Of a stretch of DNA of 43,792 bases, positions 24,810 to 37,056 are shown in pieces. The notes below the pieces were generated by a model. The model had not been told where the DNA came from. It did no database searches and worked only from the letters and a program-made list of their open reading frames with translations. This stretch comes from Oopsacas minuta. Lineage: Eukaryota; Animalia; Porifera. Numbering within the stretch: position 1 is the stretch's first letter; each line of letters opens with the position of its first letter. A program made the position numbers and the translations under genes. The stretch is from assembly GCA_024704765.1 (NCBI GenBank), contig JAKMXF010000072.1, positions 1 to 43,792 on the forward strand. Reading direction: 5' to 3'.

Positions 24810-24920
24810 CAGGCCTGGGGCTGATTATGATTACAATCGTAATCAATTGTAATCAATTACAACTTTTCCTGTAATCATAATCATAATCATAATCACTCAT
24901 CAGTAATCATCCCAGGTTTG
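24810..24920 (+). mobile_element. 111-bp hAT-type MITE (TAATCA-repeat family), both ends present
   Basis: CAGGCCTGGGGCTGATTA...TAATCATCCCAGGTTTG. Left flank ACTGTGGA; right flank CAGTTTGG does not match it. Confidence 0.8.
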
Positions 24921-25056
24921 CAGTTTGGCACTGAGTTGTNAGATTTAACTATCCATTTATCAATTATATATTTATTGATTTACTTAAACTTTGTGATACA
25001 AGCAGCTATATTCAGAGCAATAATCAGATCTTTCCGCCAGTTGTTTGAAAAATAAT

Positions 25057-26173
25057 GAATTTTGAGAACTAGAGCATCGAGCAGTCATTAAATTTCTCTG
25101 TATAAAAGGACTAAACGCTACTGAAACGTTCAAAGAGATGAAATATGTCCTCAAAGACAATGTCCCTAGTCAATCTATGGTTGCAAATCGCATGCAGAAT
25201 TCAAACGTGGGAGAGAAAGTATTACAGATGACCCTCATTCACGAAGACCCACAGTTTCTCTCCATCTAGAAACAATCCAATCTATTGGTGGTATGATTGG
25301 AACGATCACGATATATCGATCAGAAATATAGCTAATAGGGTAGATTTATCAATTGGAACTATTCATTCGATCATTCATGTCCATCTTGGGCTCAAGAAAT
25401 ACAAAGCAAAGTGGATACCAAAAACCTTATCTGAAGATCAATTGATGGCTAGACTGGAAACTAGCAAAAGCATGGTTGATTTGTATATTTCTGACCCAGA
25501 AGATTTCATGCGAGACTGATTACAGAAGATGAAACCTGGATATACTACCATGACCCTTGCACTGTTAGCGGGGCTGCGGAATGGAGGCGTGAAGATTCTC
25601 CAAAGCCCAAAGTACCCCGACTTGGTCACTGTCCAAAGTCTAAGTCAAAGCTGATGCTATCAATATTCTGGGATTCTAAGGACCATTACTTTTAGATTAT
25701 CTTCCAAAATACGACGGTGACTGGAGCATATTATGCCAATCTGATGACGAGTTTACGCGAATCTTTAAAGAGGAATAGGCGAGGAATGCTAAAAAGAATC
25801 CCACTTATTTTACATGATAATGCCCCATCCCATAAAAGTCATATTGCACAGGAGGCAATAAAAGATTGTGGCTTTAACAGTTTCAACACCTACCATACGG
25901 TCCTGATTTAGCTCCCAGCGATTATTATCTATTTCCAATTGCCAAGCAAGCACTTCGCGGAAAGATTTTTGATGATGACGATGCATTAGAATTGGGTTTT
26001 GAAGACTGGTTAGACACCAAAGACAAATTTCTTTTCATCATGGTATTGAAAAGCTGAAAGATAAGTGGCTTAAATGTACTCTTTTACAAGGGGATTATGT
26101 TGAAAATTAAACTCTAGCCATTGCTATACAAAACGTCTATATACTAATTTCGACGAACTTATTGAACACCCTG
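25057..26173 (+). mobile_element. mariner (DD34D) element, degenerate transposase and right TIR; left TIR not found
   Basis: LEHRAVIKFLCIKG, EFKRGRESITDD, ITEDETWIYYHDP, LHDNAPSH and YGPDLAPSDYYLFP across frameshifts. Ends CGAACTTATTGAACACCCTG|TA. Confidence 0.85.
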
Positions 26174-26860
26174 TATACTGCTCATGTTTTACTATCCTAA
26201 ACCAATTTTCTATTCTAAACCAATTTTCTATTCTAGCGTTACTGTCTGTACAATAAAGTCTTTCTCCCCACATACGAATAAATCCACTCCACAAGGTAGC
26301 AATTGCATATCATAAGTTGACAAAATTCAATTATTATTGTCGGGATTTGGGAATTATTAACATCTTTGAATTTAGAAATGTTCTCTCGATATCCTTAATT
26401 TCAGATTTACACATGAGATATATTTACTCCTACTGTTTAACTAAAGGGGGACTTTTCTTTATACGTAACTGTATTTTCATTTATTGTTATATCATCTTCA
26501 AGTTCTTCTGGAGTCCCTTTATCAATAATATATTCTCCTCTATCACACTGTTCTAGTTCAATTAATTTGTTTTTGTAAATTCTAGTGTGCTTCGCTTGCA
26601 AGCTTAGGTATTAAACAACTAAATTTGCTGCTTTGGTCGCTCCGGTCGCGTATCTGCTCGACACTAAGTGCCTCAGGGTTAAATTTGGTGGAAATGTTAA
26701 GTGTTTATTATCCATGGTCCCTACAAATTCCATTTAATGGCCTTCAGTGGTAATACTGAACTTCCTACGTGCCTATAAGTTAGTACTTGGGCACTTTGTG
26801 TTTCATATAATATGAAATTCTTGAAAATTTCGAAATTCAAGAAATTTTGAAAATTTTGTA

Positions 26861-28171
26861 CAGGGTGACCAATAAGTTCTGCCACATCACTTCATATAGT
26901 AATATATTTTATGTAACCATGATAAATAGGTAGCTTTCGTATTCAATTCATTGATTTAAGTCTTAGGATCGTAATTCAACAGAGTAGTATAGCATTTAGT
27001 AAGTAGCAACAAATTTGGTGGCAATGGAAAGCAAACGATCAGCAATAATTGAATTGTTCAAAAATGGGAAAAATCAAAAGGAAATCACGAGAATACTAAA
27101 TATTCCAGAAACAAGAAGAAAGTTGATATTTCGTACTATAAAACGTTTCAACGAGACTGGTAGCATTATAGACAAACCTAGAAGTGGTTGCCCAGTGTCA
27201 GTTACGACTGTACGGATGAGAAAAACAGTCAGGAGTCGGGTATGGCGGAATCCTCAGCGATCAGTAAGAAAAATGGCCAAAGGACTAAAAATATCTCGTG
27301 GATCGCTTTAAATATTGCAAGAAGAGACTTAGGGCTATATTCTTTTAAGCGGAGAAAAGTTCACTTCATTACTGATCAAATACAAATGAAGAGGCTCTCA
27401 AGAAGCAAAGGACTCTTTTCTCGATACACCACCCCAGGCCTAGATCGAGTACTTTTCTCTGACGAGAAACTCTTTACTGTGGAGGAGGCATCAATTCGTC
27501 AGAATGATGGAATTTTGTCGACTTGTACCTCTGCCATCCCTGAAAAATACAGATTTGTCAAACGAGTCCAGAAACCACTCTTGGTGACGCTTTGGGCGGG
27601 AATATCCTCTGTTGGTCTTACATCGCTTGTTTTCGTCCCATCTGGTGTAAAAATCAACGCTGCAACATACAAGGAGCTCATTCTGGAACCATTAGTGAAA
27701 GACCTTGGCAAGACCATGTTTGAAAATGGTTCATTTGTGTTTCAACAGGACGGTGCGCCTGCTCACATTGCTAAAAGCACTCATGAGTGGCTTGATGCGA
27801 ATATTCCCCACATTATCACGAAGGTAGAATGGCCTCCCTCTAGTCCAGACCTAAACCCTTTGGATTTCTCTCTTTGGCCGACTTTGGAGTCAAGAGCCTG
27901 CTCGAAGTCTCATACGAATATCGAATCATTGAAGACATCTTTGGGGCGAGAATGGGAAAACATCTCTCAAGAAATGGTTCGTACCGCTGTAGCGGTAGTC
28001 CATCGGCGTCTGAAGTCTGTCATCAAACAAAAGGGTGGATATATTGAATGACAGTCGTATAAAATATATGTAATAGTATGTAGAAGCGTTCGTTAAAATG
28101 TCAACAAGATCGAATGAGAATTCGTTAAGTACAATAAATTTTCATTGTGGCAGAACTTATTGGCCACTCTG
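26861..28171 (+). mobile_element. DD37D (maT-type) Tc1/mariner element, full length, near intact
   Basis: 26-bp TIRs CAG(G/A)GTG(A/G)CCAATAAGTTCTGCCACA with TA TSD on both sides. Confidence 0.95.
27024..28051 (+). pseudogene. DD37D transposase with a single frameshift at about 27308
   Basis: MESKRSAIIELF HTH region, FSDEK, QQDGAPAH...SPDLNPLDF (37 residues between D and D), ending GGYIE*. Confidence 0.9.
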
Positions 28172-29749
28172 TACAGTCATGATAGCGTAATAATTCCATG
28201 ATAACTTATCCTTTGTCCAGAAACATGGTGTCAAAACGTGTGGCATATTGATGGATACCTGTGAGCCGTGATTCGAATTTCAAACTTCTTTCATGTATAT
28301 TGGCTAAGCAGTGGCTGATAATGTTATTTTTTCGAAATTCCAAAAAGGTGACAGTGACAACGTAATTTCGTCATATGAGTGAATTTCGTCCAAGATTCGA
28401 ACTTGTCCGAGCCATGCCCAAAATACCTTTGTATGCCCAAATCTGCTCATTGAGTTCTCTACTTTCTTCAATCAATTCTCGATACACAAACATACACATA
28501 TATACAGATTAATTACGTTTTTTGTAGTAGAGATTGGCCTGTATATTGACACATAAAGTGAAACATAATAATTCAGATAGATGATCAACTTCGTTAATAT
28601 TTTTGCTCTTAACATACAACCCAAAACATCTAAGATCACTTGTTTTGGTTTCTTCTTTTGTTATTTATTTCATCAAAATTATAACTAATCCTATGCATTA
28701 CATGTCCTAAGTAAAATGTAAAATTGTGGAAAATTATTTATCTTCACCACTTAATCGAAATTTCCAACAATTTTGGAGGTAATGTATAATGGGAAACTTA
28801 TTCAATTCCAAACAAATATTATGTATCATCACTCAAATATAGTTCATTCCAACTTTTTATATTTGAATCTCCTTTTTAAACTAACTTAATATTTACAGTA
28901 CACACCATTTATTTAAATAATGTGATATTTTTGTAGTCCCAAGATCACTCTTTATCATCTCTGCCACAGGAACTGGGCTATTAGCAGATTCTGGATGTTG
29001 CATTGTCAGAGCCTAATAAATATATTATTTTCACAGGAAGATTGTCTACTAATTGAATAACCAGTTACATCTAAAATTTCAATGATTTGCTGGTTCAGAA
29101 TTAGTTTTTGCGAGTAGATTTGTTTCGACTAATACAGATGAACGATGGAGGATATTGTGCGTAATATTGAACATAACCTGGTTAAGATAATCCGGTAACA
29201 AATGCCTCAAATATTGTCGAGCGACTTGCTCTATCTTCAATGTTGTCATCAGAGAATGTATCTATTATACCTTCCTCAAACAGTATTGAGATTTAAAAAA
29301 CAATTTAACAATTGTGATAAAGTTGAAGGTTTATAAATATTTGTTGTTCTGAGTGAGGAGCTTCAGTGGCAGACACTAGGGGGCCCCCAGATAAGTTAGA
29401 AAGAATAAAGTTTGAAGAAATTTGAGTAAAAAAGGAAAAAGACAAGGAATCTTTTACTTTAAAAAGGAAGGAGTGAGTACAAATTGTAATAGAAACAACA
29501 ATACCGAATAGCATAATTATATTGCGAAATTGATAAAAGACACTACTAATTCCTTAAGTGTTCAAAAGCTTTAATAAAGAAAAACAGCTAAAGTGTTCCA
29601 AAGACTTAAGTGTGTAGATAATATATTTATGAAGTGTATTAGTTAAATGGTGCAACTCAGACTTTTTTATTCACCTAATGATCAAGCACCATGTCCGAAT
29701 TTAGTCTTTTTAATATGTCTTTGTTCATCAAAAGCAGCATAAGGTCACT

Positions 29750-30290
29750 GGCCGACGAAAATCTAAGTTGTTCGACCCCCACCTTAATTTGCTATTCATC
29801 GCACTAAAACTCATTTTTACCGTTAGGGTACCTACAGGGAAGGTCTTCGAGATGGCAAGATCTTTGAAATGGTTGGGTACAACTCAGGATCAATGTGCTT
29901 TCCGGCTGCAATCAAAATTTTCGCTCGTTCGCACTCAGTCTTTAGTGATGCCGAGTCAATCTTCAGACAATCTCGGTAGTTGCCAACAAGGGTGGATATT
30001 GTGTTATAATCCCGGTATGTCGCTTTTGCCGCATCTAGAGCTTCCAGTGCTGCCAGTATGCTGGTATTCTTCGTTCCAATTCCTCAAGAAACATTGGAAC
30101 AGAAGCTGCGTCAAGACTTTCACAAAACTCGCATGGGCATGTAGATCTTCTAACATCCCGCATCGAAACATACAGATGATCCTCATAGTCCAATGCAATG
30201 TTTACAGTTGAATCAAGTCCTTCAGCACACAGTGGCTTTAAATGGCTATCCGTAGGCTTTAGGTCTTGGGTACATTTAAAGTGCATAAAA
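29750..30290 (-). pseudogene. Possible N-terminal fragment of a Transib/RAG1-like transposase
   Basis: Degenerate frames with DYED..RRSTCPCEFC and KMSFSAMNSKLRWGSNN, loosely resembling 14400-14630. Recall-based and weak. Confidence 0.25.
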
Positions 30291-30368
30291 TGTATTATGT
30301 ATCTATGGGTTATTGCATCTAACTAGTAGAATGACAGCAAAATATATTTGTATGGTTTCTATTTTTGA

Positions 30369-30547
30369 GTTATGATGACGTAAGCAAAATTTGCGAAACA
30401 TATAAACCAGCTTAAATCTATTTAGGTTGGAGATAGGGGTATATAATATATTATTTACTAATGGGTGATCACTATTTATAGTAGATTGACCAGATTGAGT
30501 ATTTACATGGCTTCTATTATTCTTGTTATGATGACGTAAGCAAAATT
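30369..30547 (+). repeat. Exact 23-bp direct repeat GTTATGATGACGTAAGCAAAATT
   Basis: Copies at 30369-30391 and 30525-30547. Confidence 0.9.
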
Positions 30548-30998
30548 ATAAAAGTTGAATTCCTGAAATATCTGTGTTATTTCAGGTATTTAGGTAGAGA
30601 GTTTACACTAAAATTATGTACTAAGGGGTAAAGTGTCTAGATTATCAATTTAACTTTCTTTATACTGTATATTATTACGGCAATAGCAATTTTATGTATG
30701 AAGCGAAAAAATTGAAATTTTGGAATTTTAGGATGACTTGGACATTTTGCGTGTTCTTAATACCTGACGGTTAATTATCCTGTAAATTTAAATAAAATTA
30801 TTGTAGCCTTATTGCGACCCAAGTGTTGTCCTGGCATGGCCTCCTCTGTTGCGTCGCCTTTTCGCAATACACTTCAGATGGATCAGAGTTACTTAACGTT
30901 TTCGCCACTGGGGATATGCCGTTGCGGGTCACGTTTCCATTATCTGGGCTCGCTATGATTGGGATTGCGTTGCCTGAATAGCCTCGGACAGAGGTCCC

Positions 30999-31560
30999 CA
31001 CAAGGTTCAATCTACCTTGCCTTTGAGCGCTTTCGAAAACTATTTGTATGGAAGTTGAAGATAGAAAGCAAGACGCTACTCAAATATTAAAGAATTAAAT
31101 AGTATGTCTTGATCGATAGTCTGGTGAAGCAAATTTGTACATTTCAGCCTGCAGGTGTGTCCGATTCCTTCACATTCCTTACGCTTAAGGACATTGCGAA
31201 AACCTATCAGAACTGGATCGCTTTGGCTCAACCGATGGACAAATATATCTCTAGAATTTGTTGTGAATGACATTTTCCTCGCAAGATGTTCACGATATAT
31301 TCGGATTAATTTATTGCAAGCCTCCACTGCTTCTTCAGAGAAATTCTTTAATCCAAATCCTCCATTACAATCTCGAATTAGTTCAGTGGAGTGAGCAAGT
31401 AGACGATGGAGAGATGGAGTAACATTTGCNCCTGCTCTCTCGACTTCCATTAGCTTAACTAAGTGCTAGAGGAAGTGAACCAGGAATATGCTTAGTAATA
31501 TTTGTATTACTGACTCAATTGGTTCGATTACAACATTAAATCATGTATAGTGAATCTAGT
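30999..31560 (-). mobile_element. 3' end of a Transib/RAG1-like transposon: catalytic-Glu region, C-terminal Cys/His motif and candidate TIR
   Basis: ORF 31450 to 31076: TPSLHRLLAHSTELIRDCNGGFGLKNFSEEAVEACNKLIRIYREHLARK, compared with RAG1 [34 protein letters not shown]. Candidate terminus CACAAGG at 30999. Confidence 0.75.
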
Positions 31561-31585
31561 TTCTTCATTTCCTTGTATTATAAAA

Positions 31586-31613
31586 GATGGGACAGAACTT
31601 TGGGACCACACTG
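31586..31613. mobile_element. Solo Tc1-like terminus
   Basis: Reverse complement TA|CAGTGTGGTCCCAAAGTTCTGTCCCATC resembles the TIRs at 26861 and 43221. No partner end found. Confidence 0.35.
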
Positions 31614-34600
31614 TAGATGAGTAATGTATGTTTGAGATGAAAGAAAATAGGATTGTTATAGTGGAAACAATTCTGAAAACAATTTGACATATTGCGCCGA
31701 CATAAGTATGGCTCAGAATATAAACGACTTGCTGATCAAAGAGTTACCTAAATACTAACCAGGTAATTTATTCTGTATGATCTTGAAAAATTGCAGTTAT
31801 CACTGTAATTTCAACTGTGTATGTGAGCACAAAAAGTCATACTTGTCAACAATTTTTGAAAGTGTATTGATTAGTCTTTCTCTTGTGTTTTTGTGCTAGG
31901 TAAATACGAAACAAGATTCATTACATGAAATTCGACATATAAGCATATATTAGTACAATAGTTGCTAGAATTGGAGTGATTTTGTACTATTGTGGTAAAA
32001 TTACCTGAAGTATGTTCAAAAGTACTATTCTGGATGTTTTCGCCGTATGTTAAAACAGTTTCACATTTGAATTAGTAATGATAACTGTAATTTATCATAC
32101 AGTATATAATCAATGGCCTGGATATGATTTGGGTAATTATTTTCTTTAGCAAGCTGTGGTTAAAGTAAGCCATGATGCACGTGTTTATAACAACTATACT
32201 ATAGTAGAGTCGGCCCTGTCAAATATCTTAGAAACATAGAGCAAAAAATTTTAGTTGCTCGAAATTATCAAAAATTTATTCTAAAATTGAGATCTAAGCC
32301 CTAATGTAGAAAAATTGAAGTTCAATTAAATTAGGCCTGATAGAATTCGTTTTGATTTCAGTTCGTTTATGCACAATTTATTCACAAGATTATTAGTCCC
32401 ATAAAATTTGAAAATAATCAAATTTTGGATTGTCCTCACGAAATTTCAGTAACAATTTGTAAAGGTGGAGGTGGTGATAGTGTCGATTGATAAATATAGA
32501 TGAATACTACGATAATGTTACTAAATGAATAAATAATTATCATTAAGAATTTTTGTTTCTATAGTGTATACGTTGTGTCAATTGAGGGTAAATCAATTCT
32601 TCACACACATCATTTCGGTAAACTTGAATACCACGTCAGCAAAGCATGAATTTATTGGGTCGAATTCCAGCGTCCCTTAGAGGAACATAATATAGTGATA
32701 TTATAATTTTGCATCCACTTAGTTGCATATCTTTATGCCAAATGTATTAGCCAATATTTCCCAAAAGTGTATAATTACACATATCAAGTTATGTGCTTTT
32801 AATCGTTTAATACAGTTCATTATCCTCGCTTAAAGTGTTACAGATTTACTTTATTGAATTGTTATCTAATCGATAATATCCCGGATGCACAAAATAATGC
32901 ATTTGTATTCTTATATTTAGGTAAATTGAGTACTATGTATATATCGACAATATGACTACACTATATAGTGATAAAATAACGAGGAAACAAGCATAAGTGT
33001 GGAATTCATTCGGTATTTGTATTTATACACATTCCATTCGTACTTTAGGCAACAATTTGATTATATATTCACCATTCGCATGTAAGTTCGTGAATTCTTG
33101 CTTCCTAGATGTTTACAGGGAATCTATGCCTATGAAATATCAATGCATTTTGAGGATATAACTTCACTAGGTAGCTTAGGGTGAATGGTAGCAAGCGGTA
33201 TCCCAAAGAATATGTATATCAAAAGGTTATCATCTGTTTAGGATTCCTTAGGTGATGGCAACGGAGAACAAACTCATGATTTAGCAACTAGGAAGATGTA
33301 CATGTAGATCAGTGGTTGTCAACTTTCTGCGGCAGATTCCTTTCATCTCAATGTTTCAAGACACACAATGAATTGTGCCGCGTCACACTGGTTGAAATAC
33401 GCTGGGCGACAACTTATACGGTGGTTGATACAAATCTGAAAAATTATGAATTTATCATGCATGGTCCAATTCAATCAAATATTATTCCTTTTGTGCAACT
33501 AGAGCTACTGCATAGTTTGCGATAATAAATCTCTGCGCTTTGTGCTCAAGTATTGAGAAATTCTCAATGCTATTTTGAATTAGAATTTCGCAATTCCCAG
33601 TTGTTACAAAAGTATGAAATTATCGATTAACCAATGAAGAAATAGAATTCAATTAGTATTACCAAATATAACTAATATGGCGGATGTCATTTTCACACTT
33701 TCAAATCTTATTAAATCCAATAGTTGTTTGGAATAAATATTCAACAAATTTTCAATGGATACAATGGGATAAGATAGTGCCAGAAACCTTTATTGAAACT
33801 CAATATCGACTATTCACCAAATAATATTTGGTTTCAACTAATATCAAAAGCTTGAGTAAATGCCTGTAGCTCACATGCAAAATCGGAATTTCCAGCTCTC
33901 GGTTAATCATAATTGAAATATGATTTTATGAATATTTAGTACCTAATCAATAGTACCCAGAACTAGAAAAATTCCGTAAGGTTTTGACAAATTTGAGACA
34001 ATGTAGTATCAAAATGTACAAATTGATTCTCTTGTCATGGAGTAATGGACAGAATTGATGCATTTATTAACCTTAACACAGAAAGCTAAGGTAGAAACTA
34101 TTGAAATTTTCGGTACGCAAATTTTTTCTTTATCTTCACCATTATTTTTCACTGTAATTCTAACACTTCACCAAAATACGTTTGTGGTATACTGTTCTTT
34201 GAAATTCATCATTTGTCTATTAATGTTTAATATAATGACACGTTTAATGTAAGAATATTATCCATCATTCACGTAATAAGTGAAATGCAGCTATTATAAA
34301 TAGTAAAGCCTTAAAATTGCGTAAATGTAAACTTACTGTGAAGACAGAAGCCGAAAGAAGTTGCAGTATAAACACAAATAGGAAACTCTTTCCAATGAAA
34401 GAGTTCAGATTAACAAATTATACTGAATAATTTAGAAACATGTTGTTTACAAACGAATTGAAACGCATGCAAAAAGAGAAAAGGAAAACTAATGAAGTTC
34501 GATTGCGAAAACTCTGATTGTGCGTAAACACCCTGACAGCACCCAAGACCAAGCTAACAATAATTCAAACAAATACCTGACTACAGTCAGGAGAGTGAAC

Positions 34601-35819
34601 GAAAATTCAGTGATATAACAAATAGAAGATTTACGATTAACAAATTCATTAGATAAAATGATCGTTTACATGTAAACTAGTGCAAAGTGGGTAATTTGAT
34701 AGCGAATGAATATATATGCCCAAATTTGGAAAATTCTAATTGATAATAGTTTCAATTAGGGCTTACAATCCCAAACCCCAGGATAAATATTGGATTAATT
34801 ATCCTCATTTACTATAAGAGGTAATCTCAATTACAACAGTTGTGTAATTCTAAATACTATATATTCATGTTATAGTATATTTATCCTCTGCCCACTATAT
34901 GGTGTAAATAATTGATATTACCCTGCCACGAAATACCGCATAAAACGGAAAGAAATTATGGTCCTAAACACTGCGTTATAACAGGTATCTAGTGTTTACT
35001 AGATTATATATGATAAATATAGTAACATGGGGTTTTGGAAGGGGAAGGTACAACTCTGGGAGTATTTCCCTAGGTCGACCAAATGGTTTGAACCTATGTA
35101 CAGCTGAGTTTTGGCCTAGAACTAATTTCGAATATAACTACGAACCTCGTGCCGTATATAAATAATCTTTAAATTAACTAAACCAAGAAATTTTCGCGTT
35201 AAATTTATGTCTGAATTTTAAAATACTATACTCCACAAAACGTAGATTTCCTTGGGAAGGATGAGAGGATGTTAGCAACAAGAGAAAGTGCTATAAATAA
35301 TTAATTGTACTATGAAACATCGAATTTATAGTGATAACGGCTAATCAATGTGATGAAACAATCGATCCAACGTCAAGAAAAACGATAACTATGCGAGAAG
35401 AGTATGGCATTTGACACATTTCCAATGACCACAATCAAACACCATTCTAAATAATCAAATCAAATCATTAATTACAGCCTACCACCAATTTTCATTAAAA
35501 ATATCGAAAGAAAATCTTACCTTCAGTTCAGTAAATTTAAAATGAATTATACATATACTATAAACACTTCAAGTAGAAATTATGAAAAACTTCCTAGAAT
35601 GTTTAAAAACCGAATTTTATCCAATTCTACTGTGGACAAATAGACGTTAATTAAATGCACCAGATGCATATTCGGGATTTATTAATCCGAACTGATCCGA
35701 AAGGGTCTCATTATCCGAACCACAAAGTATTTCACGTCCAAATCCTTTTTAGTTATGACAAATATTTATACCTTATCATATTCCATAGATTTTTCCAAAT
35801 ATAATTCCATTCTTTCTCG

Positions 35820-37056
35820 ATGTTCACTTCAGGACATGCTGTGAGATTTGTTGTGTTCGTTGGTGTCTTGCTATTTTCTTTTGCTTCATCTAACATTATC
35901 GAAGAAGAAAACGTTCTTGTACTCACTACAAATAATTTTGACGATGCATTAGAAAGATACAGCCATATTCTTGTTGAGTTTTACGCGCCTTGGTGTGGGC
36001 ATTGTCAGGCATTGGCACCAGAATACATACAAGCTGCTACAAAACTCAAGGAAATGGGATCAGAAATTCGATTGGCGAAGGTTGATGCGACTATAGAAAA
36101 AGATTTAGCTCAATCCAGAAATATAAAGGGCTACCCTACATTGATATTCTTTAAACATTCATCTCCAATAAATTACAATGGGCCTCGAAAAGCTGAGGGC
36201 ATTATTCAGTGGCTTGAGAAGAAAACAGGATCCCCAACAACTATTATCGACTCATTGGAACAACTTGTGGCATTTTCCAACACTGACAAGGTTGCTATTG
36301 TTGGGTTTTTCGCTTCAGAAACATATACAACTATATTCATGGGGGTCGCAGGGAAAATGGATAAACTTCCTTTTGGACTTTGCACAAACAAGGATATATT
36401 TGATTCTACTCTTTCTGGCAACGATGGAATAATAATTTACAAGGGATTTGATGAAAAGAAGGTTGTCTACAATGATGAACTCAATGCAACCAAAATTGAA
36501 AATTTCATAAACATACATCAGTTTGAGCTTGTTTCAGAATTTTCCCAAGAATTAAGCGAAAGGTTTTTCGAAGCTAATATAGATAGACATTTGATATTTT
36601 TCGCTCCAAAGGCCGAGGTCTCCACTGATAGGTCAATCGATCTCCTACGGTCGATTGCTTCTGACTTTCGTGGACAAATTCTATTCATTTCGGTTGATAC
36701 CTCTGCTGATCAATATAAAGGAATTATCGAGTTTTTTGGTATCAATCAAGACGAAATTCCTTGTCTGCGCGCAGTTATTCTTCAAGAAGATGTTGCTCGT
36801 TTCAAACAAAAGGAACCTGATTTATCTGAAGAGGGCATAAGAGATTTTGTTACTGATTTTTTATCAGGCAAATTGAAACATGATCTTAAGTCACAGGTTG
36901 TTCCAGACGATTGGAATGATAATCCTGTGAAGATACTTACATCCTCCAATTTTAATGAAATCATTATTGAAAGAAAGAGTAAAAAAGCCTTAGTGGAATT
37001 TTACGCACCTTGGTGTGGTCATTGCAAAGCTTTAGCACCTGTTTGGGATCTTTTGG
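35820..37056 (+). CDS. P4HB: Protein disulfide isomerase, 5' exon (signal peptide, a, b, b' and first half of a' domain)
   Basis: Intact 412-codon frame with hydrophobic N-terminus, two WCGHC active sites and SQVVPDDWNDNPVKIL linker. Canonical donor G|GTAAGT at 37057, phase 1. Confidence 0.95.

Larger units (their letters stand above)
26580..28533 (-). mobile_element. Complete non-autonomous Helitron-like element (about 640 bp net), interrupted by the DD37D element
   Basis: 5' A|TC end at 28533. 3' hairpin-CTAGAA|T end at 26580. Body homologous to 1905-2125 and 37088-37295. Confidence 0.6.

Noticed and set aside
27300-27313. TTTAAAT at the DD37D frameshift as a programmed -1 slippery site
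   Set aside because: In the upstream frame it reads CTT-TAA, not X-XXY-YYZ. A simple 1-nt deletion explains it.
33316-33525. ORF with ELCRVTLV, faintly like DEDDh exonucleases (REXO1-type)
   Set aside because: No DxE motif or supporting exons; similarity too short.
35600-35819. UPR-type elements upstream of PDI (CACGT at about 35733, CCAAT at about 35621)
   Set aside because: No complete ERSE (CCAAT-N9-CCACG) or UPRE consensus; short cores are expected by chance.
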